Numbered from the stretch's first letter, positions 21,250 to 32,750 are shown. The stretch is DNA of 64,000 nucleotides from an uncultured cyanobacterium (GCA_963793265.1 CAWBZI010000001.1:1280001-1344000); one strand, 5' to 3'. The notes: generated from the letters alone by a model not told the origin. Translations and numbers: made by a program.

Positions 21250-23385
21250 TCAGGCCGCAACTAACCCCCGATGGCGGAGCAAGGCTTGTGTGCTAGGTTC
21301 CCGTCCCCGAAAGGCTTTGAACACTTCCATCGGATGACGAGAGCCGCCTTCGGCCAGCACCGTATCGCGGAATCGTCGGCCAATACTGGTGACCTCCGCT
21401 TTGTTCTCTAAGCCTGCTTCTTCAAACGCAGAGAAAGCGTCAGCGCTGAGCACTTCGGCCCAAAAGTAGCTATAGTAGCCAGCGGCATATCCGCCTGAGA
21501 AGATATGACCAAAGCTGCAAAGAAACGCATCTTCTGCTAAGGGCTCCATCAGCGTGGTTTTTTCAGCGATGCGATCGCGCAATTCCCAAACCGACTCATC
21601 TCCGCCCGGCTGATACTGCGAATGCAGCGCCATATCAATCCAGCCAAAGTTCACCTGCCGCAAAATCGCGTTGCCCGTCATAAAGTGCCGCGCCGCTAAC
21701 AGCTTTTGATAGTCAGCCTCAGGCAGTGCTTCACCTGTCTCATAGTGCTTGGCCATCCCAAACAGCGTGTCTCGGTCATAGCACCAGTTCTCCATAAACT
21801 GACTGGGTAGCTCTACCGCATCCCACTCCACATTATTAATACCGGCTGCGCCCGCATAGTCCACCCGCGTGAGCATGTGCTGCAACCCATGCCCAAACTC
21901 ATGAAACAGCGTCTCCACCTCGCGAAACGTCATCAGGCTCGGCTTATCCTCTACCGGCGGCGACTGATTGCACACCAAATAGGCCACAGGCAATCGCACA
22001 CCCTTATCGTTCTTAGCGCGAACGATGCACTCATCCATCCACGCACCGCCGCGCTTTTCTGCCGGACGGCTGTAAGGGTCTAGATAAAAGTGAGCGATCT
22101 TCTCGCCCCCTTCAGCATCAGCCACCTGAAAATAACGCACGTCAGAATGCCAAACGGGCGCTTCACCGTCCGCCGCCGAAATCGTAATGCCAAACAGCCG
22201 TTCAGCTAGCCCGAATAAGCCTTCAAGCACGTTAGGTAAAGAGAAGTAAGGCCGTAGCGCTTCGTCGTTCAAGTCAAACTTCAGCTCTCGCATCCGCTCT
22301 GTCCAAAAAGGCAAGTCCCACTGCTTGATTTCATTGGCTTCATCAGCACCCTGAGATTGAGCAAACGCCTTAATTTCCGCTAGCTCACTCGCCGCCGCGT
22401 CGTAGCTAGCCGATCGCAGCTCCTCCATCAGCGCCTCTACGGCCGATACAGAAGGAGCCATTTTACGCGCTAGGCTCAGCTCAGCGTAGTTTTCAAAACC
22501 CAAAAGCTCAGACTGCTGCTGCCGCAGGGCTAAAATCTGCTCAATAATCGGTGCGTTGTCTAGATCGCCCTTTGAGGCGCGCGTGATAAAGGCACGGTAT
22601 AGCTTTTCTCTCAGGTCACGACGCTGGGCATGTCGCAAAAAGGGAACGTAGCAGGGCATGTCTAGCGTGATTCGCCAAGGGCCAGACTCAGCGGTTGCAT
22701 CTTCTGCACCTGCGTCACGAGCCGCTTGAGCCGTCAGACTGAGCAGGCTCGGTGGCAAACCAGCAACGTCATCAGGATTTGTCAGCGTCAGGCTAAAGGC
22801 TTTGGTCGCGTCTAAAACGTGGTTAGAAAACTGGGTGGACAGCTCGGCTAAGGACTGCTGAATCTCATTGAACTTTTCTTTGGGTTCGCCAGTCAGGCCG
22901 ACGCCCGATAGCTCAGCGTCACGTAGGGCAGATTCGACGATGCGTTTTTGAGCAGGTACCAAATCGGCCCAACCGTCGCTTTCATGCAGTTGTTTGAGCG
23001 CCTGATAGATAACCTGGCTTTGGCTGATTTCGCTGGCAAACTTTACCAGGCTCGGCTGCACACTCTCATAGGCTTCGCGCAGTTCAGGGCTGTTCTTTAC
23101 GCCCATTAGGTGGCCGATAATGCCCCAGCTCCAGCTCAGGCGCTCGGTGATGGCGGTTAAAGGCTCGACCAGTTCGGCCCAGGTGGGAACGGTGGCAGTT
23201 TCTAGTTTTTTAGAAAGCTGGGACTCTAGCGATCGCACCCCGTCAGCCAGCGCTTCCAATAGCTGCTCAACACCAGGGGCCACGTGCTCGGGCTTAATCT
23301 CACTAAAAGGCGGTAGGCCGCTGCCAATTAAAAGCGGATTGCTGAAAGTATTAGCCGAAGAATTAGATGGGGAAACGACGCTCAT
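21250..23385 (-). CDS. prlC: Oligopeptidase A (M3 family)
   Basis: KRGGAWM, TLFHEFGHGLQH, DAVELPSQFMENW and YAAGYYSY. Confidence 0.93.
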   Translation of the reverse strand: MSVVSPSNSSANTFSNPLLIGSGLPPFSEIKPEHVAPGVEQLLEALADGVRSLESQLSKKLETATVPTWAELVEPLTAITERLSWSWGIIGHLMGVKNSPELREAYESVQPSLVKFASEISQSQVIYQALKQLHESDGWADLVPAQKRIVESALRDAELSGVGLTGEPKEKFNEIQQSLAELSTQFSNHVLDATKAFSLTLTNPDDVAGLPPSLLSLTAQAARDAGAEDATAESGPWRITLDMPCYVPFLRHAQRRDLREKLYRAFITRASKGDLDNAPIIEQILALRQQQSELLGFENYAELSLARKMAPSVSAVEALMEELRSASYDAAASELAEIKAFAQSQGADEANEIKQWDLPFWTERMRELKFDLNDEALRPYFSLPNVLEGLFGLAERLFGITISAADGEAPVWHSDVRYFQVADAEGGEKIAHFYLDPYSRPAEKRGGAWMDECIVRAKNDKGVRLPVAYLVCNQSPPVEDKPSLMTFREVETLFHEFGHGLQHMLTRVDYAGAAGINNVEWDAVELPSQFMENWCYDRDTLFGMAKHYETGEALPEADYQKLLAARHFMTGNAILRQVNFGWIDMALHSQYQPGGDESVWELRDRIAEKTTLMEPLAEDAFLCSFGHIFSGGYAAGYYSYFWAEVLSADAFSAFEEAGLENKAEVTSIGRRFRDTVLAEGGSRHPMEVFKAFRGREPSTQALLRHRGLVAA

Positions 23386-23466
23386 AGGGTTAAGAAGAAT
23401 CTGATAGGTAGAAATTTAACTCATAACGAGTATGAGTTATTTCCCTATCATAAGATCAAAACTCCA

Positions 23467-23982
23467 TTAGTAAGTTCCGGGTGCCGCATAGCCCTGAAGC
23501 TCTTCAGGTCGCAAAGGCCGAATAACACGGCTCGCCTGCGAAATCAAGCCTTCTGAGCCCTTCACAACCACCAAATACTTGCCTGCATTCAGCCGGTTTC
23601 GGTAAGACAGTGCATCGCCGCCACCGACGCCCGCGCCAACACCGCCGCCAATGAAAAATCCGCCCATTCCACCGGCACCCGCGCCGAGTAAACCCCCAAT
23701 AATTTGATTGCCCAGGGTACCTGCCCAAGGAAACGTGTCGAGCCCGGTAATGGCATTAAAGGAAAACCCAGCCACAAAGCCGAATGGAATTGTCCAAAAG
23801 GCTAAGCGCTTAATCTGCTTCCACGCTTCATCATTGGGATCGATCAGGCCGTATTCATCCGCCGACTTGAAGCCTCTGCCCAAAATAGATACTTTGTCCA
23901 TGGTGATCTTGGCATCTTCTAAGGCGGTGTATACCTCCTCTGCTTTGATGCGATCGCCCAGCACAGCCACTAAATAATTCAT
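23467..23982 (-). CDS. Conserved hypothetical membrane protein
   Basis: 171 aa with Gly-rich TM segments and YRNRLNAGKYLVVV. Start overlaps the cobM stop. Confidence 0.8.
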   Translation of the reverse strand: MNYLVAVLGDRIKAEEVYTALEDAKITMDKVSILGRGFKSADEYGLIDPNDEAWKQIKRLAFWTIPFGFVAGFSFNAITGLDTFPWAGTLGNQIIGGLLGAGAGGMGGFFIGGGVGAGVGGGDALSYRNRLNAGKYLVVVKGSEGLISQASRVIRPLRPEELQGYAAPGTY

Positions 23983-24878
23983 CGCTTAGCCCGCTCCCTT
24001 TCCAGCTCAACTTGAGTTGTCTCCACCGCTTCGGCCACAGATTTAGACTCTGCCAAAGGCTTAGGCCGAAACAAATGGTCGTGAGTAGGATTGTACAGCC
24101 GAGATCTGGCAACTAGCCGATCGTCTAAAGCAGGAGAAATAATATAGAGCGTCGTTCGCACCAAATTCTGCGCCTCGCTCACCTCAGCCATTTTCTCTAA
24201 AGGCACCACCGTAATTTGCTCATCCGGCCAGCCCACCCGAAAGCAAATCGCAACCGGCGTTTGCGGCGAGTAGTGCTTCATCAGCTGATCTTGCGAATCC
24301 TGCACGTGCCGCGCGCTCAAATACAGGCACAGACTCGCCTTATGCGCCGCTAAGCTAGACAGCTCCTCAGTCTCAGGTACCTGCGTGCGACCGCTAATCC
24401 GCGTCAAAATAATGCTCTGCACCTGCGCCGGAACCGTCAGCTCCACATTCAGCTTCGCCGCCGCCGCCTGAAAAGCGCTAATCCCTGGAATCACCTCAAA
24501 CGGAACGTCCGCCTCACTCAAGCGCAGCATTTGCTCATGAATCGCGCTGTATAAGCTCGGATCACCTGAATGCAGACGCACCACCGACTTCCCCGCCCGC
24601 ACCCGCTCAATCATCAGCGGCACAATATCTTCTAGCGTCATATTGGCCGTCGCAATCTTTTCAGCACTAGGCCGAATGGCTGAGAGTATCTGAGCGGGCA
24701 CCAGCGAATTGGCGTAGACCAAAACATCTGCTTGCTGTATCAATTTAAGCGCCTTTACTGTCAGTAAGTCAGGGTCGCCAGGCCCCGCACCAACGATGTA
24801 AACAGCCGGAGAAACAGGCGCTAAAGGGGTCGAAAACGCCGCTGAAGAACCTGTTTCTGTCAACTTATCGGAATCCAT
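23979..24878 (-). CDS. cobM: Precorrin-4 C11-methyltransferase
   Basis: VGAGPGDPDLLT, RLHSGDPSLY, ELTVP and RSRLYNP. Confidence 0.92.
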   Translation of the reverse strand: MDSDKLTETGSSAAFSTPLAPVSPAVYIVGAGPGDPDLLTVKALKLIQQADVLVYANSLVPAQILSAIRPSAEKIATANMTLEDIVPLMIERVRAGKSVVRLHSGDPSLYSAIHEQMLRLSEADVPFEVIPGISAFQAAAAKLNVELTVPAQVQSIILTRISGRTQVPETEELSSLAAHKASLCLYLSARHVQDSQDQLMKHYSPQTPVAICFRVGWPDEQITVVPLEKMAEVSEAQNLVRTTLYIISPALDDRLVARSRLYNPTHDHLFRPKPLAESKSVAEAVETTQVELERERAKR

Positions 24879-25032
24879 GAAAACCTTTGTGTAGCGTGTA
24901 TGTAGAGGGAATAGAAGGTGTGGTCTAAAAAGATACGAGCGGCTATAGAGCAGATTGAAGCGTAGCGATTAAACGAATCAACTAGAATTGTTGTCTATGT
25001 TTCAATGTTCATCAACTCACTATTATCACGGG

Positions 25033-25163
25033 CGATTGTTTGAAGAATAAATGAAGTCTCCGGTAAAACTCGGGATGCGACGGAAAAATCCTGCATCTTG
25101 GTATGTAGATGCACCCTGATTCCGAGCCTCAAAGGTTTTACGACCTCTGGGGCTTTTTCTTTT
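25033..25163 (+). ncRNA. Candidate ~130-nt sRNA (possibly PsrR1-like)
   Basis: TATTAT -10 at 25021; outer stem CTCGGGAT/ATTCCGAG, inner stem TGCATCT/AGATGCA with loop TGGTATGT, then a terminator hairpin and T-run. Confidence 0.5.
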
Positions 25164-25253
25164 GTTTCCCTACGTTCAAGCTGCTTTTTGCTGCATTTGT
25201 TGTGGTTTAGCGGTTGAGCGCATTTTTTTAATTTGATAATTGTTTCGCTTACA

Positions 25254-26150
25254 TTACCGTTTTGACAGATGAGTATCAGAAGGCGTAGAACGCTTATCCT
25301 TCCGATCGGGCGATACCGTATCAGGCAGTCGCTTACCCAGTCCATACGTCCAAATCAGCCCTATCCAGCCCAAAGCAATGCCGGTCAGGCTCACGAGCTG
25401 CGCAATTCGCAGCGGCCCTATCATCAGGCTATCAGTCCGCAGGCCCTCAATCCACACCCGGCCCGCGCCGTAGGCAATCATATATACCAAAAACAGCGTC
25501 CCCGCCCGATACCGGCTTGGATGCTTCAGCCCCCAAAAGAGCAGCGCCAGCAGCAGGCCAAATACGCCCAGGTTCCAGAGCGACTCGTACAAAAAGGTTG
25601 GATGGAAGTACTCAAATTCTTTGTAGCCCACTGGCCGATTGGCCAAAGGAATAAATAGCTTCCAGGGCAGCTCAGTTGGCCCCCCGAAGGCTTCGCCATT
25701 AAAAAAGTTGCCCCAGCGACCAATCGCCTGCCCCAAAATAAGCGATGGCGCAATCACATCAGCGAGCTGCCAAAAGGAAAGCTTGTTGAACTTAGCAAAT
25801 AGCCAGGTGGCGAGCGTACCGCCTAGCACCGCCCCATGAATGGCAATCCCACCTTTCCAAATGGCGACAATATCGCCGGGGCGAGCCGCATAGGAGGGCC
25901 ATTCAAACGCCACGTAATACAGCCGGGCGCAAGGAATCGCTGCAATCACCAGCCAAATCACCATGTCGCCTACTTTTTCAGGGTCAATGCCTTTCTTTTT
26001 GGCGACGTACTGCGAGAGCGCCACGCCAATGAGCACCGCCGAGGCAATGAGTAGGCCGTACCACCTCAGCGTTATCGGGCCAATGCTTACAATCTCAGGC
26101 CCAGGCGACTGGAACCTGCCGAGGAGGGTCAAACCATTCATAATATTCAA
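25254..26150 (-). CDS. lgt: Prolipoprotein diacylglyceryl transferase
   Basis: [36 protein letters not shown] and EGLRTD. Confidence 0.95.
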   Translation of the reverse strand: MNIMNGLTLLGRFQSPGPEIVSIGPITLRWYGLLIASAVLIGVALSQYVAKKKGIDPEKVGDMVIWLVIAAIPCARLYYVAFEWPSYAARPGDIVAIWKGGIAIHGAVLGGTLATWLFAKFNKLSFWQLADVIAPSLILGQAIGRWGNFFNGEAFGGPTELPWKLFIPLANRPVGYKEFEYFHPTFLYESLWNLGVFGLLLALLFWGLKHPSRYRAGTLFLVYMIAYGAGRVWIEGLRTDSLMIGPLRIAQLVSLTGIALGWIGLIWTYGLGKRLPDTVSPDRKDKRSTPSDTHLSKR

Positions 26151-26180
26151 GTCTCAAGATATTGAGTCTCAGCTTGCAGG

Positions 26181-26801
26181 TTAGTTCTCAACTTCAGCCA
26201 TTTCGATCACTTCGCCCGCCAAGTCTTTGACCAAAAAGTTCAGCGGGCGATCGCGTCTTAGCTTATGTCGAATCCCTCGGGTTTGAACCTGCATCAGCAA
26301 ATATTCCAGGCAGTCATGATCAAAGCACACGTGCCGCTGCCGGTTGCGATTGCCCAAACTCGCCCCCGCAATCACATGAAGCTGAGTGTTCTTCTTGAGC
26401 TGATACCACAACCCGTCAGGCGTACCATAAGAGCCCGAAGGCCCGCCGATGCTAGAAGCCCCTAAAGACGACGCGCCAAACATCGGGTCAATACCAGCGG
26501 TGCCCAGCGTTTGCTCATAGTTGTAGTAGTAGTGCAAAGGCACATCCGCTGCGGCTAGCGTTAATACGCCTTCATAAAAGCGCCGGGCCATGTCTAAGTC
26601 AGACACCATCACCGTATGCACCTTGGGCGCACTACTCAAAAACGCCCACATTGCGCCCGCATAGGCCACCAGCAGCATCACCATAATGCCTTGGGTGGAC
26701 ACGATTGCATCTAAGGGGAGCCCTTGAAAGATGCTGGCAGATAAACAGATATCTATAAAAGCGTTTGGCATGGCGAGGCCTGTTATCAGGGATGGCATCA
26801 T
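26181..26801 (-). CDS. Glyoxalase/VOC-like domain protein with N-terminal TM helix
   Basis: VHTVMVSDLDMARRFYEGVL, QLHVI, RHVCFD and FLVKD...VIEMAE. Confidence 0.75.
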   Translation of the reverse strand: MMPSLITGLAMPNAFIDICLSASIFQGLPLDAIVSTQGIMVMLLVAYAGAMWAFLSSAPKVHTVMVSDLDMARRFYEGVLTLAAADVPLHYYYNYEQTLGTAGIDPMFGASSLGASSIGGPSGSYGTPDGLWYQLKKNTQLHVIAGASLGNRNRQRHVCFDHDCLEYLLMQVQTRGIRHKLRRDRPLNFLVKDLAGEVIEMAEVEN

Positions 26802-27067
26802 GGCAAGAGGGAATTAAACAAGAATTTTTCTTTAGTCTACCAACTAGAACCCATTAGGAACTGATTGGCACTTCTATGGGTAATCAGGGCGCAATCGGTA
26901 GCAAAGCGGCTTTGATGAGCCCGTGTGTTCTGTGAATATTTTGTGGGAACGCTGGAAAACGATAGATTGATTAATATTGATTAGTTAATCTCGCCCAAAC
27001 AAATGCGGCTTTAACGGCTTTCTTCACACTGCCTGCTACTCTTTCCATTGAGTCTCGCTTAAATCCT

Positions 27068-27847
27068 GTGCAAATTCCCGCTTTTCCTGAATGCGATCGC
27101 GATTTAATCAAGTCACTGATTCACCTCAGCGACTACGATTTGGTGAACTCTCTGCAAAAGTCGCCCCTGGATGGAAAGTACTTCACAGCCCTCTTTTGCC
27201 GTTACAGCCCTGTTGTCTACTCCCTCATCCGCCACTCAGCCAAGTCCCCCGTCCAGGCCGACTACCTATTTGCTCTCACCTGGCGGCACATTCTCAACGA
27301 ACTAGGCGGCATCGATCTCACTCCCTTTAAGGCCCACGCCCAGCCACCTGCTAACGCCTCTGAGCCCGCAGCCAAACCCACAGTCGCCCCTCCACTAACC
27401 GGCAAATCAGCCGCAGAATTTTCTTTACAAGGCTGGCTAATCAGCCTTACCGCGGCTCACATCAACCAGGCGGTGCTTCCTGACGTAGAGTCCATTCACT
27501 ACTCCTTGCAAGCAGCCCCACCGCCGCTATGGTGCTACACCGAGCGCGCCTTAGATAGCCTGCTACCCAAGCACCGACTCATCGTGTTAATGGCTCAAAC
27601 CTTTGCCTGGAGTGACACCCGCATCGCCGCCTACCTACAGGCCGAAGGCGACAGCACCTCTCCTGCCGAAGTCCACACCGAACTTGCCATTGCTTATCAG
27701 GCGCTAGAAAACGCCATCCCCGAAGACATCCGCACGATCTACTTAGAGAGCCCAGCCACCGCGATTCCACTCATCGCCCCTGGTATGAGCGAGGAAATGG
27801 CAGGGCTGATGACCATTGAATTTGACGAGAGTGATCTGCAAAACTAG
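27068..27847 (+). CDS. Sigma-70/ECF-like protein
   Basis: GKYFTALFCRYSPVVYSLI (region-2-like) and LDSLLPKHRLIVLM...WSDTRIAAYL (region-4 HTH-like). Confidence 0.7.
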   Translation: MQIPAFPECDRDLIKSLIHLSDYDLVNSLQKSPLDGKYFTALFCRYSPVVYSLIRHSAKSPVQADYLFALTWRHILNELGGIDLTPFKAHAQPPANASEPAAKPTVAPPLTGKSAAEFSLQGWLISLTAAHINQAVLPDVESIHYSLQAAPPPLWCYTERALDSLLPKHRLIVLMAQTFAWSDTRIAAYLQAEGDSTSPAEVHTELAIAYQALENAIPEDIRTIYLESPATAIPLIAPGMSEEMAGLMTIEFDESDLQN

Positions 27848-27933
27848 CAGGTAGGACCCAACAACCAGAATGAGTATCGAGGTGGGTATCTTAGAGCCGT
27901 AGCTGCCCTCCAGAAAATTTCTGGGAAATCCTC

Positions 27934-29001
27934 ATGAGTCGTTGGTATAAAGGCGTTTTGCGTCCCAATCATGCGCAGTTAGCAGGGCTGGCAACGACAA
28001 TCGCGTCTGCGGCGATCGCACTAAACACTAGCCCTGCTCAAGCCGTACCGAGCCTCACCGAGCAGCTACAAACGCCCCCTCAAAATGACATTCGCATCCG
28101 GCGCGACGTGGCCGATCAGTTTCTATTAGTCGGCCATGCAAAAATTAGAGCCGGGGATCACTCGCAGGCGATCGCTGCACTAGATGAAGCCGCCAACGCC
28201 TACCACTACCTCGGTGACTTTGCGGGTATGGGCGAAGCCTACGAGCAGCTAGTGAGGGTGTATAGCCAGCTAGGTCAATATGATGACGCCGAAACGGTTG
28301 TACGCAGACAGCTTGCGATCGCCAACAGCAACAATAACTTCAGCGACCAAATTCGCGCCTTCAACAATCTTGGTACTATCAGCCTGCAAGACGGCGACCT
28401 TGACACCGCTGAAGCCGCATTTAATGAAGGGCTCATCGTTGCTCAAGATGTAGAAAGCGACAGCGGCATCGGGCTATCGCTCAGTAACTTAGGGCTAATT
28501 GCCGCCGCCAACGGACAGCTCAACGACGCCCGCAAATATTACGAAGTTGCAGCTAACTACCGCGCTCGCGCTCGCGACTATGCCGGACAGGCCAACACCG
28601 ACAGCAACTTAGGCGACGTATACGTTGCAATGGGCCAGCTCAGGCAGGCCGTAGGAGCCTACCGCGTATCGCTCTCACTTGCGCAAGACATAGACGATCC
28701 CTACCTTCAGCTCAGAGCAATTGACGGCCTGATCAATGTTTATCGTCGGCTAGGCGTGCCGGGTGAAGTCACTCGATATCTGACCGATCGCATCGAGCTA
28801 GCGGCAGCAACAGGCGATGACTGGCAGCGCCTGATCACACTGCGAACGCTCGGCGAAATCTCTCAGGAGAACGGCGATCTTATCGGCGCTCATGAGTATT
28901 TCCAGCGCGCACTGCAAATAGCTACAGCATTGGATCGCAAGACAGTTCAGGCAGATTTATCTAACCGGGTGCGATCGCTCTCACGCGCGCTAATCAATTA
29001 G
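27934..29001 (+). CDS. Secreted tetratricopeptide-repeat protein
   Basis: Signal-like N-terminus ending PAQA; repeated NNLG/SNLG...A...Y TPR helices. Confidence 0.85.
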   Translation: MSRWYKGVLRPNHAQLAGLATTIASAAIALNTSPAQAVPSLTEQLQTPPQNDIRIRRDVADQFLLVGHAKIRAGDHSQAIAALDEAANAYHYLGDFAGMGEAYEQLVRVYSQLGQYDDAETVVRRQLAIANSNNNFSDQIRAFNNLGTISLQDGDLDTAEAAFNEGLIVAQDVESDSGIGLSLSNLGLIAAANGQLNDARKYYEVAANYRARARDYAGQANTDSNLGDVYVAMGQLRQAVGAYRVSLSLAQDIDDPYLQLRAIDGLINVYRRLGVPGEVTRYLTDRIELAAATGDDWQRLITLRTLGEISQENGDLIGAHEYFQRALQIATALDRKTVQADLSNRVRSLSRALIN

Positions 29002-29054
29002 CCTCAGGCAGTCTCAGAACTCAATCAAACATGTATCATCCATAGAGTCCATAT

Positions 29055-29789
29055 GTGCGCCGTCCCATGGATTCTATGGATTCTCCTGCTGCCAAACTCC
29101 GCTTCGACGTAATTAGTCTCTTCCCCGACTTCTTCACTTCCCCGCTTAGCTCGGGGTTAATAGGCCGCGCCCTCAATCGCCAAATCGCCTCTGTACACAT
29201 CACAAATCCACGCGATTTCACCACCGACAAGCACCACAAAGTAGACGATATTCCCTACGGCGGTGGCGTCGGCATGGTGATGAAACCAGAACCCATCTTT
29301 GCTGCCGTCGAGTCTTTACCCACTTACCCTCGCCGCGACGTGATTCTGATGACCCCGCAAGGGCAAACCATGAATCAGCCGCTATTGCATGAGCTAGCCA
29401 CCGATTACGATCAACTCGTGCTCATTTGCGGTCACTACGAAGGCGTCGATGAACGCGTGCTTAATCTTGTCACCCGAGAAGTTTCCCTGGGCGATTTTGT
29501 GCTCACCTGCGGCGAAATTCCTGCGCTCACATTGATCAACGGCGTCATCCGCCTGATGCCGGGCACCGTTGGCAAAACCGATTCGCTTAAGTACGAGAGC
29601 TTCCAAACCGACCTGCTCGACTACCCGCAGTACACGCGCCCAGCTCAGTTTCGCCAGTGGGACGTGCCCGAAGTGCTGATGTCGGGCGACCACGGCGCGA
29701 TCGCTCAGTGGCGAAAGCAGCAGCAAATTGAACGTACGCAGCAAAGAAGGCCCGATCTATTCGAGCAGTGGCAGCAGCATAGCGACTAA
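29055..29789 (+). CDS. trmD: tRNA (guanine37-N1)-methyltransferase
   Basis: VDDIPYGGGVGM, CGHYEGVDERV, SLGDFVLTCGE and YPQYTRP. Start may be ATG 29067 or 29076. Confidence 0.96.
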   Translation: MRRPMDSMDSPAAKLRFDVISLFPDFFTSPLSSGLIGRALNRQIASVHITNPRDFTTDKHHKVDDIPYGGGVGMVMKPEPIFAAVESLPTYPRRDVILMTPQGQTMNQPLLHELATDYDQLVLICGHYEGVDERVLNLVTREVSLGDFVLTCGEIPALTLINGVIRLMPGTVGKTDSLKYESFQTDLLDYPQYTRPAQFRQWDVPEVLMSGDHGAIAQWRKQQQIERTQQRRPDLFEQWQQHSD

Positions 29790-29816
29790 TCTGGTAAGAA
29801 GCGCTTAGCAGAATAT

Positions 29817-30302
29817 ATGAACATACGCATTGGTAACGGCTACGATATTCACCGGCTTGCGAGCGATCGCAAACTCATCCTGGGCGGCATCGACATCCCC
29901 CACGAAAAAGGGCTGCTCGGCCACAGCGATGCTGACGCGCTCACCCACGCCATTATGGACGCCCTGCTAGGTGCGCTCAGCCTGGGCGATATCGGCCTGT
30001 ACTTTCCGCCTAGCGATCCCAAATGGGCCGGGGCAGACAGTCAGATGCTTTTGGAGAAAGTGCACCAGCTCGTACTAGACCGGGGCTGGCAAATCAGTAA
30101 TATTGACAGCGTGGTGATTGCCGAGCGGCCCAAGCTGAAGCCTCATATTCAGACGATGCGTGATCGCCTCGCCAGCACGCTACACATAGAACCTGACCAA
30201 ATTGGCATCAAAGCCACTACCCACGAAAAGCTAGGGCCATTAGGCCAAGAAGAAGGCATCGCTGCTTATGCAGTCGCGCTCTTACATAAAGGAATCGCAT
30301 AA
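29817..30302 (+). CDS. ispF: 2-C-methyl-D-erythritol 2,4-cyclodiphosphate synthase
   Basis: [19 protein letters not shown] and KATTHE. Confidence 0.96.
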   Translation: MNIRIGNGYDIHRLASDRKLILGGIDIPHEKGLLGHSDADALTHAIMDALLGALSLGDIGLYFPPSDPKWAGADSQMLLEKVHQLVLDRGWQISNIDSVVIAERPKLKPHIQTMRDRLASTLHIEPDQIGIKATTHEKLGPLGQEEGIAAYAVALLHKGIA

Positions 30303-30772
30303 GACAACCACTTCATAAAACTACGTAATCTTCAGCTAGGGAGTATCCGTAGGTAGCTATACCGTCAGCGCAAAGCTCAGCTACAGAGTAGACAGTACGC
30401 AAGCTGGTCATTTATCCGCACATTCTTTAAAGCTTTATTGTACTTTTACAAAAAGTGCTAAATGTTCTCTAAAAATACGCCTATTTCCAGCAGGAATACG
30501 GCAATTTGGAAAAACAAACGCGCGAAGTATCAAAATATACGCAAATATCCTTGTATTATTTATACAATCTTTGCCAACTATTAAAGAGAAGTACAGTTTA
30601 GTAGTGCTTTTGTGAATACGTTGTGTGAAGGCCATATAAAAAGCTGCGTATTTGTAACGAAAGCTACGTATAGATGATTGGCAGTTCTACTTAGCGGCCC
30701 TACACAGCGGCAAATGTAGCAGCAAGTCAATCGTTTGTAGGTTGGCACATTAGACTTTGGGGGTCTGAGAAC

Positions 30773-31147
30773 ATGGGTGTGTTGGGTGAATCATCGGTAG
30801 TGCTTATTCCAGCGGTTAATAAGCCATTCGGCTCGGTAGCAACAGAACATTCTATTAATAGCTTTAGAAGCAGTCCGCCAGAGCGCATCGGTATCTATGG
30901 CGAATATGACTACAACGGCCTGGCTAATCGCGTGATGCAGTGCTTTGAGCAAACCGTTGGCGAAGAGGTTGCGCAGATGAAAGTTCGCCAGCGGGGCTGC
31001 GTGGTGATTTTGACGGGCGTTGTTTCCTCGCGATCGCTACTCAACCATTTGGTGAACTTAGCAACGAGAGTAGAAGGCGCTGCCCTGGTTGAAATTTACA
31101 GAGTCACCTTTACCGAAGACGAGTTTGCAACGATGAAAGTGAGCTAG
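30773..31147 (+). CDS. BON-like domain protein
   Basis: PPERIGIYGEYDYNGLANRV...VRQRGCVVILTG...VEGA. Confidence 0.7.
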   Translation: MGVLGESSVVLIPAVNKPFGSVATEHSINSFRSSPPERIGIYGEYDYNGLANRVMQCFEQTVGEEVAQMKVRQRGCVVILTGVVSSRSLLNHLVNLATRVEGAALVEIYRVTFTEDEFATMKVS

Positions 31148-31197
31148 GCGTCCATGCGTCTCATTGACGCCTAAGGCCACCCTAAAAGAATTAATAC

Positions 31198-31240
31198 CAA
31201 AAAAGGGACGACCGTTAGCCATAACGATCGTCCCTTTTTG
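31198..31240. terminator. Bidirectional terminator between convergent genes
   Basis: AAAAAGGGACGACCGTTA-GCCA-TAACGATCGTCCCTTTTT. Confidence 0.8.
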
Positions 31241-31283
31241 CGTGGCCCATTTGTATATCTCATGTATATCTCAAACTTTCGGC

Positions 31284-32627
31284 TCACTCCATCATCGCCG
31301 CGACAAAGTTGGTATACACCTCACCTTTAATGAACATAGGATGCTCCAACACCTTTTGATGAAACCCAATTGTCGTCGGTAGACCAGTAATTGCACACTC
31401 ACGCAGCGCCCTTTTCATCCGACTAATCGCCGTGGTTCTATCAGGAGCCCACACAATCAGCTTGCCAATTAGCGAATCGTAATAGGGCGGAATTTCATAG
31501 TCGGTATACACATGCGAGTCCATCCGCACGCCTAAGCCACCTGGCGCTAGATAGCCGCTAATGCGACCCGGATTGGGCCGAAAGTTATGCTCAGGATCTT
31601 CAGCATTGATGCGGCACTCAATTGAATGGCCCCGCAGCACAATGTCATCCTGGCTAAACGAGAGGCGATCGCCCTGGGCCACCCGAATTTGCTCTGCAAT
31701 CAAATCGATCCCCGTCACCATCTCAGTCACCGGATGCTCTACCTGAATGCGCGTATTCATCTCCATGAAGTAATAGTCGCCTTTGCCATCGACCAAAAAC
31801 TCCACCGTCCCTGCGCCCACATAGTCAATCGACTGCGCCGCTCTCACCGCCGCCTTACCCATTTGCTTACGCAGCTTACTATCGAGCACCGCACTTGGCG
31901 CTTCTTCTAATAGCTTTTGGTGGCGGCGCTGAATAGAGCAGTCTCGCTCGCCCAGGTGCACCACATTGCCATGGCTATCGGCCAAAATCTGAAACTCAAT
32001 ATGGCGAGGATTTTCAACAAACTTCTCTAAATAAACCCCTGGATTACCAAAAGAAGCCTCCGCCTCACCCTGAGCGGCCATAAACATCTTACGCAGCTCG
32101 TCCGGCTCGCGCACCAGCCGCATTCCGCGCCCGCCGCCGCCTGCTGTGGCCTTGATAATTACCGGATAGCCGATTTTAGCGGCCAGCTCGGAGGCTTCTT
32201 CCGGGCTACTGAGCAGCCCTTCACTGCCAGGCACCGTCGGCACTTTTACCCGCTGCATCGTGGCTTTAGCGGTGGCCTTATCGCCCATCGCCCGCATTGC
32301 GTCTGCCGTGGGGCCAATGAACGTAAGGTTGTGATCGGCACAAATTTCAGCAAACCGAGCGTTCTCTGCCAAAAAGCCGTAGCCGGGATGGATGGCCGTT
32401 GCGCCTCTAGTGAGCGCTGCTGCGATGATGTTTGGAATATTTAGATAGCTTTTGCTGCTAGGGGCTTCGCCAATGCAAACCGCTTCGTCGGCAAGCTGCA
32501 CGTGAAGGGCACTGCGATCGACCGTAGAGTGCACCGCGACGGTTGCAATCCCCATTTCCTCACAGCTACGAATAATTCGCAGCGCAATTTCACCCCGATT
32601 GGCAATTAAGATTTTAGAAAAGCTCAT
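31284..32627 (-). CDS. accC: Acetyl-CoA carboxylase biotin carboxylase subunit
   Basis: [40 protein letters not shown] and [15 protein letters not shown]. Start moved to ATG 32627. Confidence 0.96.
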   Translation of the reverse strand: MSFSKILIANRGEIALRIIRSCEEMGIATVAVHSTVDRSALHVQLADEAVCIGEAPSSKSYLNIPNIIAAALTRGATAIHPGYGFLAENARFAEICADHNLTFIGPTADAMRAMGDKATAKATMQRVKVPTVPGSEGLLSSPEEASELAAKIGYPVIIKATAGGGGRGMRLVREPDELRKMFMAAQGEAEASFGNPGVYLEKFVENPRHIEFQILADSHGNVVHLGERDCSIQRRHQKLLEEAPSAVLDSKLRKQMGKAAVRAAQSIDYVGAGTVEFLVDGKGDYYFMEMNTRIQVEHPVTEMVTGIDLIAEQIRVAQGDRLSFSQDDIVLRGHSIECRINAEDPEHNFRPNPGRISGYLAPGGLGVRMDSHVYTDYEIPPYYDSLIGKLIVWAPDRTTAISRMKRALRECAITGLPTTIGFHQKVLEHPMFIKGEVYTNFVAAMME

Positions 32628-32750
32628 CTGGCAGCCAGCATTTTTTCGCTGAGTTGTTAAGAAGATGATCGTATCACGCAGGGTCTTCTCACCAACTTTC
32701 TGACGAAAGAGGCTCATTATGTCGTATTGTTGTTAACCGACACCGTGTTT

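Noticed and set aside
24880..25250. Cobalamin riboswitch upstream of cobM
   Set aside because: No B12-box or GGGAA...GCCCCCGCAACTGT core on the minus strand; the visible structure favours the plus strand.
24995..25345. 116-aa minus-strand ORF between lgt and cobM
   Set aside because: It overlaps the lgt 3' end and the candidate sRNA, and has no recognisable motif.
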